Assembly (NCBI RefSeq): GCF_001194135.2
Contig: NC_068992.1
Coordinates: 68,006,774-68,056,337 of the forward strand
Source: Octopus bimaculoides
Lineage: Eukaryota
Length of the DNA: 49,564 bases
Direction of reading: 5' to 3'
Part shown: positions 13,287 through 25,954 of the stretch, in pieces
How the letters are laid out: every line of letters begins with the position of its first letter
Position numbering within the stretch: the first letter of the stretch is position 1
Notes under the pieces: generated by a model
Seen by the model: only the letters and a program-made list of their open reading frames with translations
The model's database searches: none
What the model was told of the DNA's origin: nothing
Position numbers and translations under genes: made by a program

Positions 13287-14734
13287 TGTGTATCTTTATG
13301 TTGTTCTTGTCTACCACTACCGTTTGTCATTTTACGGTGCAAAAAATCCGCAATCACCCTGTCAAATTGATCACTTAAGACAGTGGTGTGAATTGTGAGA
13401 AATATGACTACTTTTCTTAGCATGGTTTCAGATCACGCAAGAGCTATCTCCTTCGCTTGTGTATAGTTACTTATATTAAAGTAATCTTTATATCACATAC
13501 TTTAAATACTGTAGAAACCTTAAATATTTACGGCGCAATACACTCATTACAGTTCACGTTAAACAACAATCGGCCACAGATCATTCTGGGTGTTTCTGCA
13601 AAAGGTTTCAGTCGGCGTTTTCTTTTCCTCTCTTTTCTAATTGAATATAATGCCTCATGAATATATTTGTGCTGACTGAGTTTATCTAATCTGTAATTTG
13701 GTGCCCTGTGTGACAAGTCCTTCTTTTCAATGTTGCAAAGTTACGAAAAGGAATTCATTGCTTTGTTCCATTTTACATATCCACTTTCTACTGGAATTTC
13801 ATTGGTTCAAACACACAAAAAACATTAATAATTTATTGAACCCTTTAACTGAAGATTTAATTATTGTACAGATACGAGTTTGGTGAAATTATAGCGTGGC
13901 AAACGAAAGTGCTTTTAGATATGTGGATAGCGTATTTCGAAGCCTATAAGTAAACATATTGTAGTATTTAGCAATGGTTCCTCAGATCTTGAATTGAAAT
14001 CGGGATAAGGCCAGCTACTCCTTTTACCCTTATGGAGTCGATAAAAGCAAAGCTGGTCAAAGGCTGGCATCGATTTTATCGACTATGCATTTACTCAAAG
14101 TCTACGAATGCTAGAATCAATATTTACAGTAAAATATGTGCAGAAAGAAACCCAATCGGAATTGACTTCGGCTCTTTATACGGACGAGCCGATGAAATAT
14201 GCATTGGTAACGCACTGAAGATATATCAAACGAGTAAACCTATTTAAAAAACAAATATTATCATTGCGCTTTTTCAAAGGAATATTTTATTGTAATAACA
14301 GCAATATTATGGTACTTACTTTGCCGTGTCGACGTTTGCATGATAATTACTAAACTCTTTATAAGCTGATCTGTTGACGGTGTTTCTACGCAGGATTGAA
14401 ACTATCTCCGTTTACCGCTAGTGCTGTGCGAAAGGCTGTGATATTCAGGTTTTTCTCGCTTTTCCCTATCAGTTATATAATTTGACATTTAGCTGTGTCA
14501 AATTTTAGTCTTTTTCAACCCTTATCGAATATTTTACATTATATTCTTTATTTCATTCTTTGTTGATTCGCATTTCTATTTTCTTTTGCAGACGTCGATA
14601 CGTAATTGTTCCTTTATTTTTTTGCTCCGCGACAACAATTTCAGTTGAAATCACTTTATCTGTCAATCAGAGAGGAATGTTATCAAACGCGTTATCATGT
14701 AACACTAACTACATGTGTCGCAAGTAGCTTTTAA

Positions 14735-14736
<2 letters not shown>

Positions 14737-14812
<76 letters not shown>
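14737..14812. repeat. (AT)n microsatellite abutting a mariner left end
   Basis: Seen directly. Confidence 0.97.
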
Positions 14813-14814
<2 letters not shown>

Positions 14815-15340
14815 TCTGATCAATAAGTATCCGGACTGTTGCCATAGGAACGAAGCTGTGTGAAGTCGCTGGGCACATTGACATTTAACACTGCTGTTTA
14901 ACGTGCTCGCTCACATCCGCTGTTTACAGCAGTGCTCGGAAGTAACGTGTGCAGCGTGTGATCGTCACATTGACCATGACAGAGAAAGTTCTCGTGGGGA
15001 TACCTGATCAGAGTTGCAGAAAGTGTATGAGCCGCATACAAGTGTACGAGTGTTTCAGACGTTTCCAAGATGGCCGAAAAAGTGTCGATAGTGACGAACT
15101 TTCAGGGAGACTTGCAACCAGCAGAACTGAGAAAAACATCGCAGATGTTCTTGCAGCAATGAGAGAAAATCGTCGAATCACCATCCGAGAGTTATCAGAG
15201 GACGTGCAGATTAGTTACAGTCAGTTCAGTTCAGTACACTATCACTGAAGATTTGGGCATAAGACGCGCCTCTGCCAAAATTGTGTCAAAACTGCTTTCA
15301 GCTGATCAAAAAGACATTCGGATTTCAGTAGCATAAGATC
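14811..15340 (+). mobile_element. Mariner transposon 5' fragment (putative left terminus plus N-terminal DNA-binding region)
   Basis: Translation VYECFRRFQDGRKSVDSDELSGRLATSRTEKNIADV..RENRRITIRELSEDVQIS and, after a frameshift, TEDLGIRRASAKIVSKLLSADQK. This matches the mariner HTH region and the linker preceding the catalytic domain. Putative terminus ggtctgatcaataagtatccggac follows a TA run. Confidence 0.9.
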
Positions 15341-15429
15341 TTGATTGCTATCTTCAGTTTGATATTGTAGTGGTGACAGTTGTGATTTGTAATTTACAAC
15401 TGTATTTAGATGGCTAAAATGGCTACCTT

Positions 15430-15612
15430 AAATGCACACCAACATCGGTTGTCAAGCGATTGGGGGGGGGGGGCAAAGACAGACACATGAATATATACAT
15501 ACCAAATCCACTCTCAAAACTTTGGTCGGCCCGAGGCTATAGCAGAAGACACTTGCCTAAGGTGCCAAGCAGTGGGACTGAACCCTGAACCATGTAGCTG
15601 AGAAGCAAGCTT
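15430..15612 (-). mobile_element. SINE family A, partial
   Basis: ttggtcggcccgaggctatagcagaagacacttgcctaaggtgccaagcagtgggactgaacc matches the 28156-28570 copy. Confidence 0.85.
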
Positions 15613-15695
15613 GTATATGTGTGTGTATGTGTGTGTGTGTGAAAAGCATTGAAAGCATGGAAGTGCTCGAGTCAGACCCGAAACGCTAGATAAAT

Positions 15696-16084
15696 ATAAG
15701 AGATATAGATAAGAGGTTCAAATCAGGCAGACTACGATTGATACATATACGGATTTAATTATGATAGAGTTGTCCAATATAAAACAAAAATACATTTGGA
15801 GCATGATTCAATTATTTCAAAGTAATTTATTTTGAATTCTTAAAAGAAATTTCTTTCATTATTCTTATCTATATTTTTATCTATACTCCAATATGTCTAT
15901 ATATCTATATATTTATTTGTCTATGCCTATTTTTAGTATTCATATATTTTCATATTTCTATATCTTTATATTGCGAATGTATTAATATATGTTTTAAATA
16001 GGACAACTCTATCATAACTAAATTCGTATACATATGTATCAATCGTCGTCTGCCTGATTTGAACCTCTTCTCTGTATCTCTTAT
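15696..16084. repeat. Long inverted repeat (arms about 15696-15796 and 15976-16084)
   Basis: aagaggttcaaatcaggcagac..gattgatacatat..tatgatagagttgtcc is the reverse complement of the second arm; about 7 substitutions and one 4-nt indel over the first ~85 nt. Confidence 0.92.
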
Positions 16085-16097
16085 GCTTATGCACACA

Positions 16098-16143
<46 letters not shown>

Positions 16144-17754
16144 TGTATATGTACTTAAAAATATGTGTGTACAAATAGAGAGAAAGAGAGAGAGGTTTGC
16201 GTTGAGTTCACTCGCAAAACCTTATGAATATTTCTAAGTAATTAACTGAGATGTATTTCTGTGACAATTTAATTAAAATAAAACACCTGGTTCTTTATGA
16301 GTCTCGGAATAGTATTTGATTATAAATGCAACGTTTAATTGATTTATTACAAGCATGTTAGCAACTATATACCACTGTCACCAGTGATAACTTATCGGGC
16401 TGTCGGAAAATGATATGAACCCATATCCATTGCAAATTATGAAGCTGGAATGAAACTATAAGATATATTAGAATATGGTCTTTGTTATATATCGAACTGT
16501 TGCCAAATTTACTATTCTGTAGAGGAGAAAAAATATAACAAACCATGTGACTTGAACTTCTGATGAAGTCGGGTTAATGGCATATTTTGTGTTGTTTTAT
16601 TAGTGTTCAATCAAGCATTAACCATCAATGAATGATTGTTATTAAATGTAGCCCAGGTAGTAATGTTTTAAGGTTATAATTTCTTGAAAGAGAAATTGCA
16701 GAGCTTGTGAAATGAAGAAATTTTTAGTAGCATATGAAATTTATGTGCAATTTAGAGGAGACGAATCCTAGAGTTTTCACTAAGAATTCAATGTAACATA
16801 AGACAGAGTCAGCACAGTTAGTGGCGGAGATGGACAGTTAATTCCAAACAGAGTTATTAGTTATTGTGTCTACCTTAGTGAAAGTGAACAACATATGAAT
16901 TTATATACAACAATCAGATATATTTTGTTATGATTTACAGATTTTTATTAATTCACCGATTCTTTAAAATAAGACATTATATTTATAAAAATGTGAAAAC
17001 ATTTCTCAATAAAATAATGGCCAACATATGTTGTAGCATTTTATCTTCAACTAAAGTTAATGCCTATTTCGTTGTATTGCCCTCCAATTCCTTAGTTTAT
17101 TCCTCCATGTTTTTAAATATTTCGTTAACAACCAGAATATTGACATTTGAACAGAACAGTAAAAATAAAACAGAGATTCACAAACAAAAATAAAGTCAGT
17201 TATAAAATTTAAAGATTTGTTTCCAAAAATTAAATTTGCGCAGGGAAACATTCTGCATTTTGATGTTGTTACAATTGTTAGAGTTTTACGTAACTGAAGC
17301 CAGAGCAATACCCTATAACTTAATATTCTAATGTTTCAGCAGCTTGAGTTGCAGATAACTCATTAACAAATGACATTTCATTCGGATCTGCTGACAATTT
17401 TAGTAGTGTAGTAAAAATTAAATCGGGAATGAAGATGCAGGATTAAATATTCCATCAGCGAGTGAAGCCATATTTATTTATAATTTAGATACAAGGCCAA
17501 ACTTTTTCGGAAAGAGATATTGTAAAAGAAATTGAGTCAAACACAGCTATTTAATCAGTTTTTCCTGGCAGTCTAAAATACGGAATTCTTCCCAAAGAGC
17601 ATTTAATCCAAAAACTAAGAGTAGTCATTAAACACCAGAAGTTATTTCGACCAACACTTAATTTTTGTCTTCATTTACAAACAAAACTTATATGAATGAA
17701 ATGGAGTTATATGAGCTACAAACTAAAAGACATTGGAAGCAATGTTACCAGTCA

Positions 17755-18615
17755 TTACTCTTGGAGGCAGTAAAAAGCATTCATCCTGTTGGTCAAAAAA
17801 TGTCATCAACAACAGATATGACGTCATAACTGCCAAGTGCCTTTTCATGTTGAGAAACAGATAGTGAGATGGGGGCCAAGTCAGAAGAATAGGGGGTGAT
17901 CAACCAGATCAAAGCCACAGTCACACAAAGCAGTCATTGAAACCTAGGACTGATGTGTTAAAATAGTGTCTTCATCCCATGAAACAAGACCCCTTTCGTC
18001 AGTTTCCTTGGTTGTTTCTCTTGATAAGCTTTTGTAACTGCCTCCATTGATGATGTGACACTTTTGAAGATTGTGAATGCCTTGTGTCTCCAAAAAATCT
18101 GAGGAGGGGTGTCTACACTGAAAGACTTATCTCTTTGCCTCTGTCTTAAAATGATGAGCCCAAAACTGATCCTGTGTTGGGTAAGGTCTATGGAAACCAG
18201 CTGAGTCTGCCTCAAACAATGCCAGATCTTCCTATGATGTGATCAGCCTGTTGCGCTTTTGATCAAACATTTAGAAGATGTGGCATCCAACGAGCAGAAA
18301 CCTTCGTGATGCCAAGTTCATTGGGCAGAATATTTCCAACTCTCTCACGGGATATGTTAACAGCCTTAATCATTTGATAAATAGTTAGTTGCCTGTCAAT
18401 CATCATCATGGTGATATTTTCCTTGGTGGTGGCAGGACGTTCAGAACCTTGGATCAGCTTCCCTTTCTAAATTCAACCGCCCACTTTTGCACTATTGATA
18501 AAGCTTGGGCGTTATTCCCTAATATAGCAACCATGACAGCAGGGATGGGGAGGTTGGCTAAAATCCTTCTCTGCAGGTCCTTGATAACACCACGATATCA
18601 AATTGTTTCCAATTT
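17755..18615 (-). mobile_element. Decayed, nearly full-length mariner (DD34D-type) transposase
   Basis: Minus-strand pieces: YRGVIKDLQ, LSIVQKWAVEFRKG, NELGITKVSARWMPHLL, TQDQFWAHHFKTEAKR, KQPRKLTKGVLFH, PYSSDLAP, HYLFLNMKRHLA, FFDQQDE. Many stops and frameshifts. Confidence 0.92.
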
Positions 18616-18944
18616 CAAGAGACGTCGTTACTAGTTTCTTTAGAAGTCTGTTTGCCTGGAAAGCAAGAATGCATTTATTAATAATAATAATAGTTAAAAT
18701 TAATGCATGCAAGATTTTACGGCTGTCATGATTCCTTCGTAGTCAGTCTACGAACTTTTCAGTCACCCCCACCCCTAATAACCAGAAAATGCATCACGAA
18801 ATTTGTTCTATTTGAAAAATAAAAATGTCATTAAACCGACCTGAACCCCAACAAAATGTGAAGGAAGAGGCATCAATATCTGGACAAAACTAGAAACCAG
18901 AAAACATAATTCAGGCAACTAATGTAGTATAGAAACTTGTATGT

Positions 18945-18945
18945 A

Positions 18946-19044
<99 letters not shown>

Positions 19045-19245
19045 GGAAAAAGAAAGAAATTAAGGAAGGAAGAAAGAAAGAAAGATAACGAGAGACAGAG
19101 AGAAAGGGAGGAGGAAGTAGTTTAAAGTTACAAGTGACAGCACGCTATGAGTGTCAGCCATTGATTTGGCACATTTACTAATGAATACATTCGTTTGTAT
19201 CTCATAAATTAAAGTAACTTAACCATCAAGACAGTGTGTGTGTGC

Positions 19246-19291
<46 letters not shown>

Positions 19292-19301
19292 NNNNNNNNN
19301 N

Positions 19302-19340
<39 letters not shown>

Positions 19341-19352
19341 GAGACAGAGAGA
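18945..19352. repeat. (AAAG)n at about 18945-19045 and (GA)n at about 19258-19352 with a 10-N gap
   Basis: Seen directly. Confidence 0.95.
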
Positions 19353-20123
19353 GTATTTTGTAAACGTGTTCACATATATATACACTTCATAATCATAATT
19401 TCTGTTTCACTGTTTAAATAAAAACTGTACCTAAACCAAAAGGCAGGGATTACTGTTCGTCCTACCGAGAAAAAAAAAACAGCTTACAAATACTTATAAA
19501 ATTGTCGACAGGCACTGATTTCACTAATTTCCATGTCAATATGTTTACTAACGGCATGTATTGAATAACCCAGGTACAGAGACGACGTGTGTGTAGATCA
19601 ACTTCCAGACAATGTCACGTTGCACATGTTTCATAAGCAAGCATCGGGTGAATAGGATTTTGTCTTAAACAACTGGCATCTCTGTTGACGTCAAAATAAG
19701 AACTTTTCAGCCAGTTTCCATTCTTTATTACAATTTAACAATTCGTCCCTCAGAGAGAAGGGGATAACAATTGTATGAGACGAAGCATCTGATTTGGCTC
19801 AATTCAGTATTAGTCTTCACACTGGGAATGGGATTGATATACTTTAAATAACAAGAAGTTGAGTGTTTGAATAAATTTTAAATACATTCAACATCGTCTT
19901 CTTTTGAAACTATGGAAATCCTTTGAGCAGGATGAATACGAGAAAAACACGACTGGTTTGGAGATGACATTGTTGTTTGTAAAGAATATCCTTACGCTTT
20001 CATGTTAGAGGCAGAAAGCAACGCAAAGTAACAACCCTAGATTTAATTCGGTTCTATTTCTAGCGTCAGACAGAATATATATTTGTACATTTATTATGAT
20101 GTACACATTGTCAGCAGATTTAT

Positions 20124-20162
20124 TGGTTCCAAATTTTGGTACAAGGCGAGCAATTTCCGAGG
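20124..20162 (-). mobile_element. SINE family B 3' tail remnant
   Basis: ggttccaaattttggtacaaggcgagcaattt resembles 10315-10345. Confidence 0.55.
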
Positions 20163-20535
20163 GAGTCATTAGGTCTAGACTGCGGGGACGGTAAGCGTCA
20201 CAATAGAATAGTCCTCCTCTTCCCATACGACGAAGGCAGGTCCCTAGTCTGAGACGCGACGTGCAGCGACACGTTCTCTGGCCCCAAACTTGCTGCATCG
20301 GCCGCAAATCACCACCCGTAATACAGAGAAGAGAAAAATATAAAGATATAGGAGCCTGAGTGGCCACTATCAGTTTGTGCCAGTCACCGTCGATTCGTTA
20401 CGTGTTCTCGGTCCCTGCGGTCTCGATTTTCTCTGCAAAGTCGAGATAACTTAGTCCGTCTCAGAGGTGGGACGGCTGCTGCATTGAGTGTCTCTGGCCA
20501 TTCTCTGAGACAACGTCATGTCATTGTTCCGGGGG
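20163..20535 (+). mobile_element. CRE-clade non-LTR retrotransposon, decayed C-terminal restriction-like endonuclease (RLE) region
   Basis: ESLGLDCGDGKRHNRIVLLFPYDEGRSLV*DATCSDTF, then KYKD, YQFVPVTVDSLRVLGPCGLDFL and VSLAIL*DNVMS. These fit the GLDRGDGKRPDG..WDxTCxDT / KY / FVPVAVETLG / RxSLAIxRGN pattern I recall for CRE-type elements. Confidence 0.75.
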
Positions 20536-20809
20536 GGGGGCCGCATTGCTCTCTGTCCCTCAACTTTCAGATGCTTAATCCTCCTCCCCCGCTTTTCTTT
20601 TTCTTTGTTTCCTTGCAACTGAATTGTGATTCAATCTTTATACACAGAAATCTGATTTCCTTTGTCATCGGAGGTTGATTAAATATACATATACACACAC
20701 ACACACTCGCACACACACAAATACAACACACGCGCATATACACACGCTTGGACACAGCCAACATTGTTATTGTTGTTGATTTGACTGCGTTCGTTCATAT
20801 TCCTGATAA

Positions 20810-21611
20810 AAATGATATGAGTTGCGGGTTACTGCCTGTAACCTTAGGTGCCCACAAGCTTTCAATAGTCCTTCAAGTGCTTAGAATTCTCCTGATAATC
20901 TTTCCTGTCTCTAAGAAGTAAAATTTCTACAGAAGCTTTACAGAATATTCTATTCCAATATTCTTCATCCAATATTCTACTGTCCATGCGATTGCCCCTG
21001 CTCCATATCTCAGGGACGAAACCGCCCCAGGTGCTGATAGCTTCAATCTTATACCGTCCGTTTAATTTCGACTTAAGGATCAGTCTCAGTCTACGCAAGT
21101 AGTCCACCTTAAATTTTTCTGTCATTTCTTTCTCCATCAATTCATCCATTTCCAAAATCCTCTAGTACTTATAGCCCGTCTCTTCTTTCTGCTTGGTAAT
21201 TTTCCCCGAAGCTATCGCTAGCCCATCCGTACATTTGATTTTGCCTCTCTTCAAGACTCATACACTACACATTTTCAGTCCGAACTCCATTCTGATATCA
21301 GCACTGAATGTATTCACCGTATCAACGAGGGAACTGACTTGGGATTCATCTTTACCGCAAAGTTTGAGGTAATCCATGGTTGACAAGTGATTGACTTTTT
21401 GTTGGCGGCTTTTGTATACATAGCCAGCTTTTGCTTTCCTCAAAATCAGTGTTAGTGGTATCATGCACAGTACAAAGATCACTGGGGACAGGCAGTCCCC
21501 TTGGAAGATGCCTCTCCTGATATTTATTGTCCCTAAAATTCTTCCATATGCTGTCAGTTCCGTTCTCCGCTTCGCCATACTTTTTCCAAGCAATCGCTCA
21601 ACTTTCAGAGC
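20810..21611 (-). mobile_element. R4/Dong-clade LINE fragment (RT domain, internally deleted, with ORF end)
   Basis: INIRRGIFQGDCLSPVIFVLCMIPL, KVNHLSTMDYLKL, DIRMEFGLKMC, YLRRLRLILKSKLNG; alternative frame WAVSSLRYGAGAIAW joined to LETGKIIRRILST*. Confidence 0.88.
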
Positions 21612-22165
21612 GAAAGGTACAGCGGATAATTGGTTTACATGTTACGGAATTGAAATTGATCTCTTGAAGAATTACAGATTAACATTAGCTGGCACTCTGA
21701 GAAAGAATAAGATTGAACTTCCCCCCTTAGTTTATTGAAACAAGAGACAGAACTGAATACACAGGCTTGTTTAGTACCCAGAAGAATGTTACCTCATATG
21801 TTCCCAAGAAAGGTAAAAATATTGTCCTACTGAGCACAGTGCATCATGATGTTGTAAATGAGGAGAAAAGAAAACTAGAGATTATTATCTAAATGAGTAT
21901 TAAAGGAGGGGTAGACACCATGGATCAGTTGTGTTTCATCTACAATGTTTCCAGAAATACTCGACGTTGGCCAGTTACAGTTTTCTACACTATACTCAAC
22001 GTTGCAGGAATAAATGCATGCATATAATATATTCATGGAAAACTCTCAAACAACTATCATGCACCGGAGGTTTCTGAGGAAAATGGGACTAAAATTGGTG
22101 GAGGACCATATCCATCATCGCAAGACAAACCCATATTTCAGGAAAGACTTTAAAAGGAAGATTCA
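21612..22165 (+). mobile_element. piggyBac (PGBD4-like) transposase core fragment, decayed
   Basis: TADNWFT, LTLAGTLRKNKIELP, SYVPKKGKNIVLLSTVHH, KGGVDTMDQ, SRNTRRWPVTVFYTILNVAGINA. Confidence 0.92.
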
Positions 22166-22802
22166 GCAATCGAATATGTTGGTTTTTCTATCTTTTGTCG
22201 ATCACGTATCATTAATTCTTCCTGATGTGTAAATAATTTTTCTTGCTTTCTTCATGAAAATTTTAAAACTCTAAATTAACTAACGACCATCAAACTAAAC
22301 GAATCCATCTTTTTTTCTTGTCGCTATTGTAGTCGTTGCTGCTGTTACCATGGACTAATCCCAAATATGATCTATAATATCATACTTGTCCTTAAAGACA
22401 TTCTAGCCATGACCATTCCAACTTGCACATATTGTCTTGCAGGTTCTGCTTTTAAAAATATGTGTATGATTTCAGGGAGATATGGGACTTACTTCCAGCA
22501 GGCGCAGTGACCATGTTTAGGCTCCTACACTGACGTATAGAACAACACTTGAAGTAATTTCTCTTCTCTTGTTTAAACTTTACTTGTCGTGACCACCATC
22601 ACTGAGAATAATAATCTAAGCAGGAGCATACGCGCTGCCACTCTCATTATATGAGTTAGTTTCGCAGTGACAACACTTGTATATTCAAGTTCCATCGGTA
22701 TTTCATGAGTTTTCGGTGAATTAATCAAAGTAATTAATCAACCTCTTTGATGAAACTAATTAATCAAATAAAATCAAGAACTCAACTGATAAAAGTAACG
22801 TT

Positions 22803-23085
22803 AGTAGGCATCCGTTGGTTTGGAGAGGCCATGGAGCTGCGCACGAAGAGATCGTGTCAACTGCTGGTGGTGCAACGTCTGTTCTGGCTGCGCAGGCGCA
22901 AACGGGACTGGCAGTCACGTATACAGTGACTGCATTTGAAGGAATTCTCTGCTACTGGTTTTTCCATCTGTCGAGTACGCTTTTCTTTGGTGGCGATTTC
23001 CTGTTTTTCTTCCGCTCTCTTCATCCCCTTTCGAACGTTAATCCTGCATACCTTATCAGATTACAACGCAAGGGAACTAACTCTA
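22803..23085 (-). mobile_element. RTE-clade LINE 3' end with C-terminal zinc-finger motif
   Basis: RINVRKGMKRAEEKQ..KEKRTRQ..FKCSHCIRDCQSRLRLRSQNRRC*, followed by a short 3' UTR ccatggcctctccaaaccaacggatgccta. Confidence 0.8.
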
Positions 23086-25104
23086 AAAATTATAGCACGA
23101 AAGTTGGGAGTAGTCTCCCTTGATGCGTCAAAAATCTGTTTTCCTCGTTAATGGATTGTTCAAGGAAAAGGTTTTCTTTTATTCTTTTGCTACTTGTAGT
23201 TGTAGGACTACGTCCATGTTGGAACACCTATTTATTTTCTTTCAGTCTTGTTGTCACTTTCTCGCTGGAAGTGTGTCTATGATTGAGTTTGTAGCAGTTG
23301 ATCTTCCCGGAATATATCCTTCAATTGTCAGCTGATCTGGTATCGTTGTTAGGAGTTTTATCTAATGTTACGCTGGGTAGAGGTCCCTTTTGGTAGGCAG
23401 CTGAACAATTGAGGACCTCTATTCTAACAGGAGGATTACAGTGTTACCTTCTTTACTTTTCTATATCTACATCACTTTATATAACCTTTCTTTCCTAAAA
23501 AAAATTGTGATATGTGTAAGATTTATTTGTTGATTCGATTGGTAACAATACTTGACTAACTGTATCGATCTCGGAGGGTGAAAAGCAAAACTGAACTCGA
23601 TGAACGAAAAAAGAAAAACAAAATCATAAGATCTATTCGACAAACTAATAATGATTTCTCTTTGGTAATACATTCCGGTATCGACTTAATCAATCATACG
23701 AATTGACTGTTCTGATTCTATTTTTCTTTTATCGACATCAAAAATATGCAAGGTAAAAACGACTATCATCGAATCGAACCATAGAATATTTAGTTAAATT
23801 CCTCAATAACAAAGAATTCCGTATAATGTTAACTATTTTCTTATCCGAAAGATCATATATTTCAGAGGACATCGAAGTATCCAAACTGAACTAAGCCATT
23901 TCATATTAGCATTTCTAAAATATGAGATTTCTGCGACGTTCACATAATTCTGTTAACGTTATCATTTATTGTTTACAATAGCACAAGGGAAGAAACTCAG
24001 TAAATATGACTGTCAGAAGTTACTTCCCTTGAAAGAGAAATTATTTTTTTATAAAATCCACTTTGAAACGGTTTAGTTTCCGCCATTGATTATTTAGAGT
24101 TGAACAGTAACTTGTTTGCTTTCTTTGCAGTTGAGTCTAAAATATATTCTCGTCGGATTAAGCGTTGTCTTTTGTTAACCAGAGATGTGAAAATATTCAA
24201 CTGAACAGGGCTGGAAGATTTTCTCCATCCGAAGTACAATTTGTGTCATGAAAAAATAAATTCTGAGAAGCCATTTAACAATGTAAGGCCCAATATTTGG
24301 ACATCTTCGATGGGTTAAATTTGTTGTTGTTAAGAGAGGATTGCTTGAATTAGTGTTTTGTGTGTTGAGAATGGAACAAAGTTATCATAAAGGAACGTTG
24401 CTTTTGAAGCCTTTCTTAAAATAGGCTTAAAATAGTAATGGTTTATTGTGTATTGTCTAGTCTGTACGTGGATTATGCCTACTTTTAGGTGAAGAGGAAT
24501 GAAGGCTGCCGTCATTTTTGTAGCTGGAAATATTTCTAGACTTGTCAGTAAGTGTGTAGTTATTGTACTTTATGAAGAGTACAAAATACATGACTGAATA
24601 TGAGCGTGCTTCGAGTACATGTCTTTAGAAATCCGATGTCATAATGCTGAGGTCCAAGAGAATACTTGCAATCAAGAAATGAGATGAATCGTTAATAAGG
24701 AGATTCTCCTAAAACATATTTTTGAGACTTTTTTGATGGTGAAGCGGCTTCCTATGAAAGTTCTCAAAAGTAAAAATTTGAGGATTTACATCAAAGAGCA
24801 AGGTTCCAGTATTTACGTTTTGTGGTTTCATGTAAAACTCGACCGAGCAAGACTATTATCAAAAGTTTTCAAGCAGTGACCATCCTGTTTATCTAATGTG
24901 CTACTTCATTGTTTAAAATGTGGGAAGGAGACATTATTGGGAGACATTCTTTACTGTTTTCAAGAGGCAGACCTTCTATAGAAAACCCACAGGACATTCT
25001 ATTCCAAACTCCTTGTGTAACACTTTCACAACTTGATCATACCTCCAGTTCTTAGATTCCTCTAGAAGCAACGTAGGGCATTCTGCAATAATATGTCTTT
25101 GCTT

Positions 25105-25263
25105 CGTCCAAATTCCACATACTCTATATTTTGCTTTTCATTCTTTGGAGGTCGATAAAATAAGTACCAGTTCAGCACAGGGGTCCGTGTAGTAGGCATC
25201 CCTTTCCCTCAAAAACGTCTGCTACTCTGCCAAAATTCAAAATCATTATTATTATTATTATTA
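25105..25263 (+). mobile_element. SINE family B, degenerate, (ATT)n tail
   Basis: ttgcttttcattctttggaggtcgataaaataagtaccagtt..gccaaaattcaaaatcattattatt. Confidence 0.75.
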
Positions 25264-25268
25264 TTCAT

Positions 25269-25487
25269 GAGTCTGCAAGCTAGCAGAATGGCATCACACC
25301 GGGGAAATTGCTTAGCAGCATTTCGTTTGTTTTTATGTTCTGAGTTCAAATTCCGCCAAGGTAGACTTTGCCTTTCATACTTCGGGGTTAATAAAATAAG
25401 TACCAGTTAGGTACTGATGTCGGTTTGATCGACTCCACCCTCCTCCGAAGTTACTGGCCTTGTGCCAAAATTTGAAGACATTATTAT
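25269..25487 (+). mobile_element. SINE family B
   Basis: B box gagttcaaattccgcc; body gactttgcctttcat..ataaaataagtaccag; tail ttgtgccaaaatttgaa. Confidence 0.88.
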
Positions 25488-25494
25488 AGCTTCC

Positions 25495-25850
25495 AGAAAT
25501 TGCTGGACTGCCAGAGTTACCGGAGAGCTTTGCCTGTTCGAGATAAACTCTCCAGACTCCGAAGATCTGTCAGTCGAGCCTGTCTGACATGCGCGCAGGG
25601 TGACAAAACCGTCCTGCATGTACTTGCCCAATATCCGAGCATTGCTGATCAATGGATTCATATCGAACATCAGCTGTCACGTGTTGGACGGATCCAGTTA
25701 TCAACTGAATCCAACCCACTGCTTTTAACCGGGAAGTGCAAACAGTTTTTGTTTTTTTATATATCTGGTGACCATGGCGAAAGAGGTTGTATGGTGGAAA
25801 AGATTGAAGGTGCTGAGGGTGCTGTCCAATCTACAGAGGCTGCTGAGTAT
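25495..25850 (+). mobile_element. L1/Tx1-clade LINE ORF2 C-terminal (zinc-finger) fragment
   Basis: CQSYRRALPVRDKLSR..SRACLTCAQGDKTVLHVLAQYPSI (CxxC-x-ETxxH-x4-C remnant); second frame MAKEVVWWKRLK. Confidence 0.72.
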
Positions 25851-25898
25851 CCCAGTAGTTATATTGCCCAAGTATTTAAACCCTTCACTAGATTCAGA

Positions 25899-25900
<2 letters not shown>

Positions 25901-25945
<45 letters not shown>
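25901..25945. repeat. (TTA)n microsatellite
   Basis: Seen directly. Confidence 0.97.
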
Positions 25946-25954
25946 GTCATCATT

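Noticed and set aside
24131-24282. Acceptor ttctttgcAG and donor GTAAGG bounding 152 nt
   Set aside because: Stops occur in all three frames and there is no other support; it could only be a non-coding exon.
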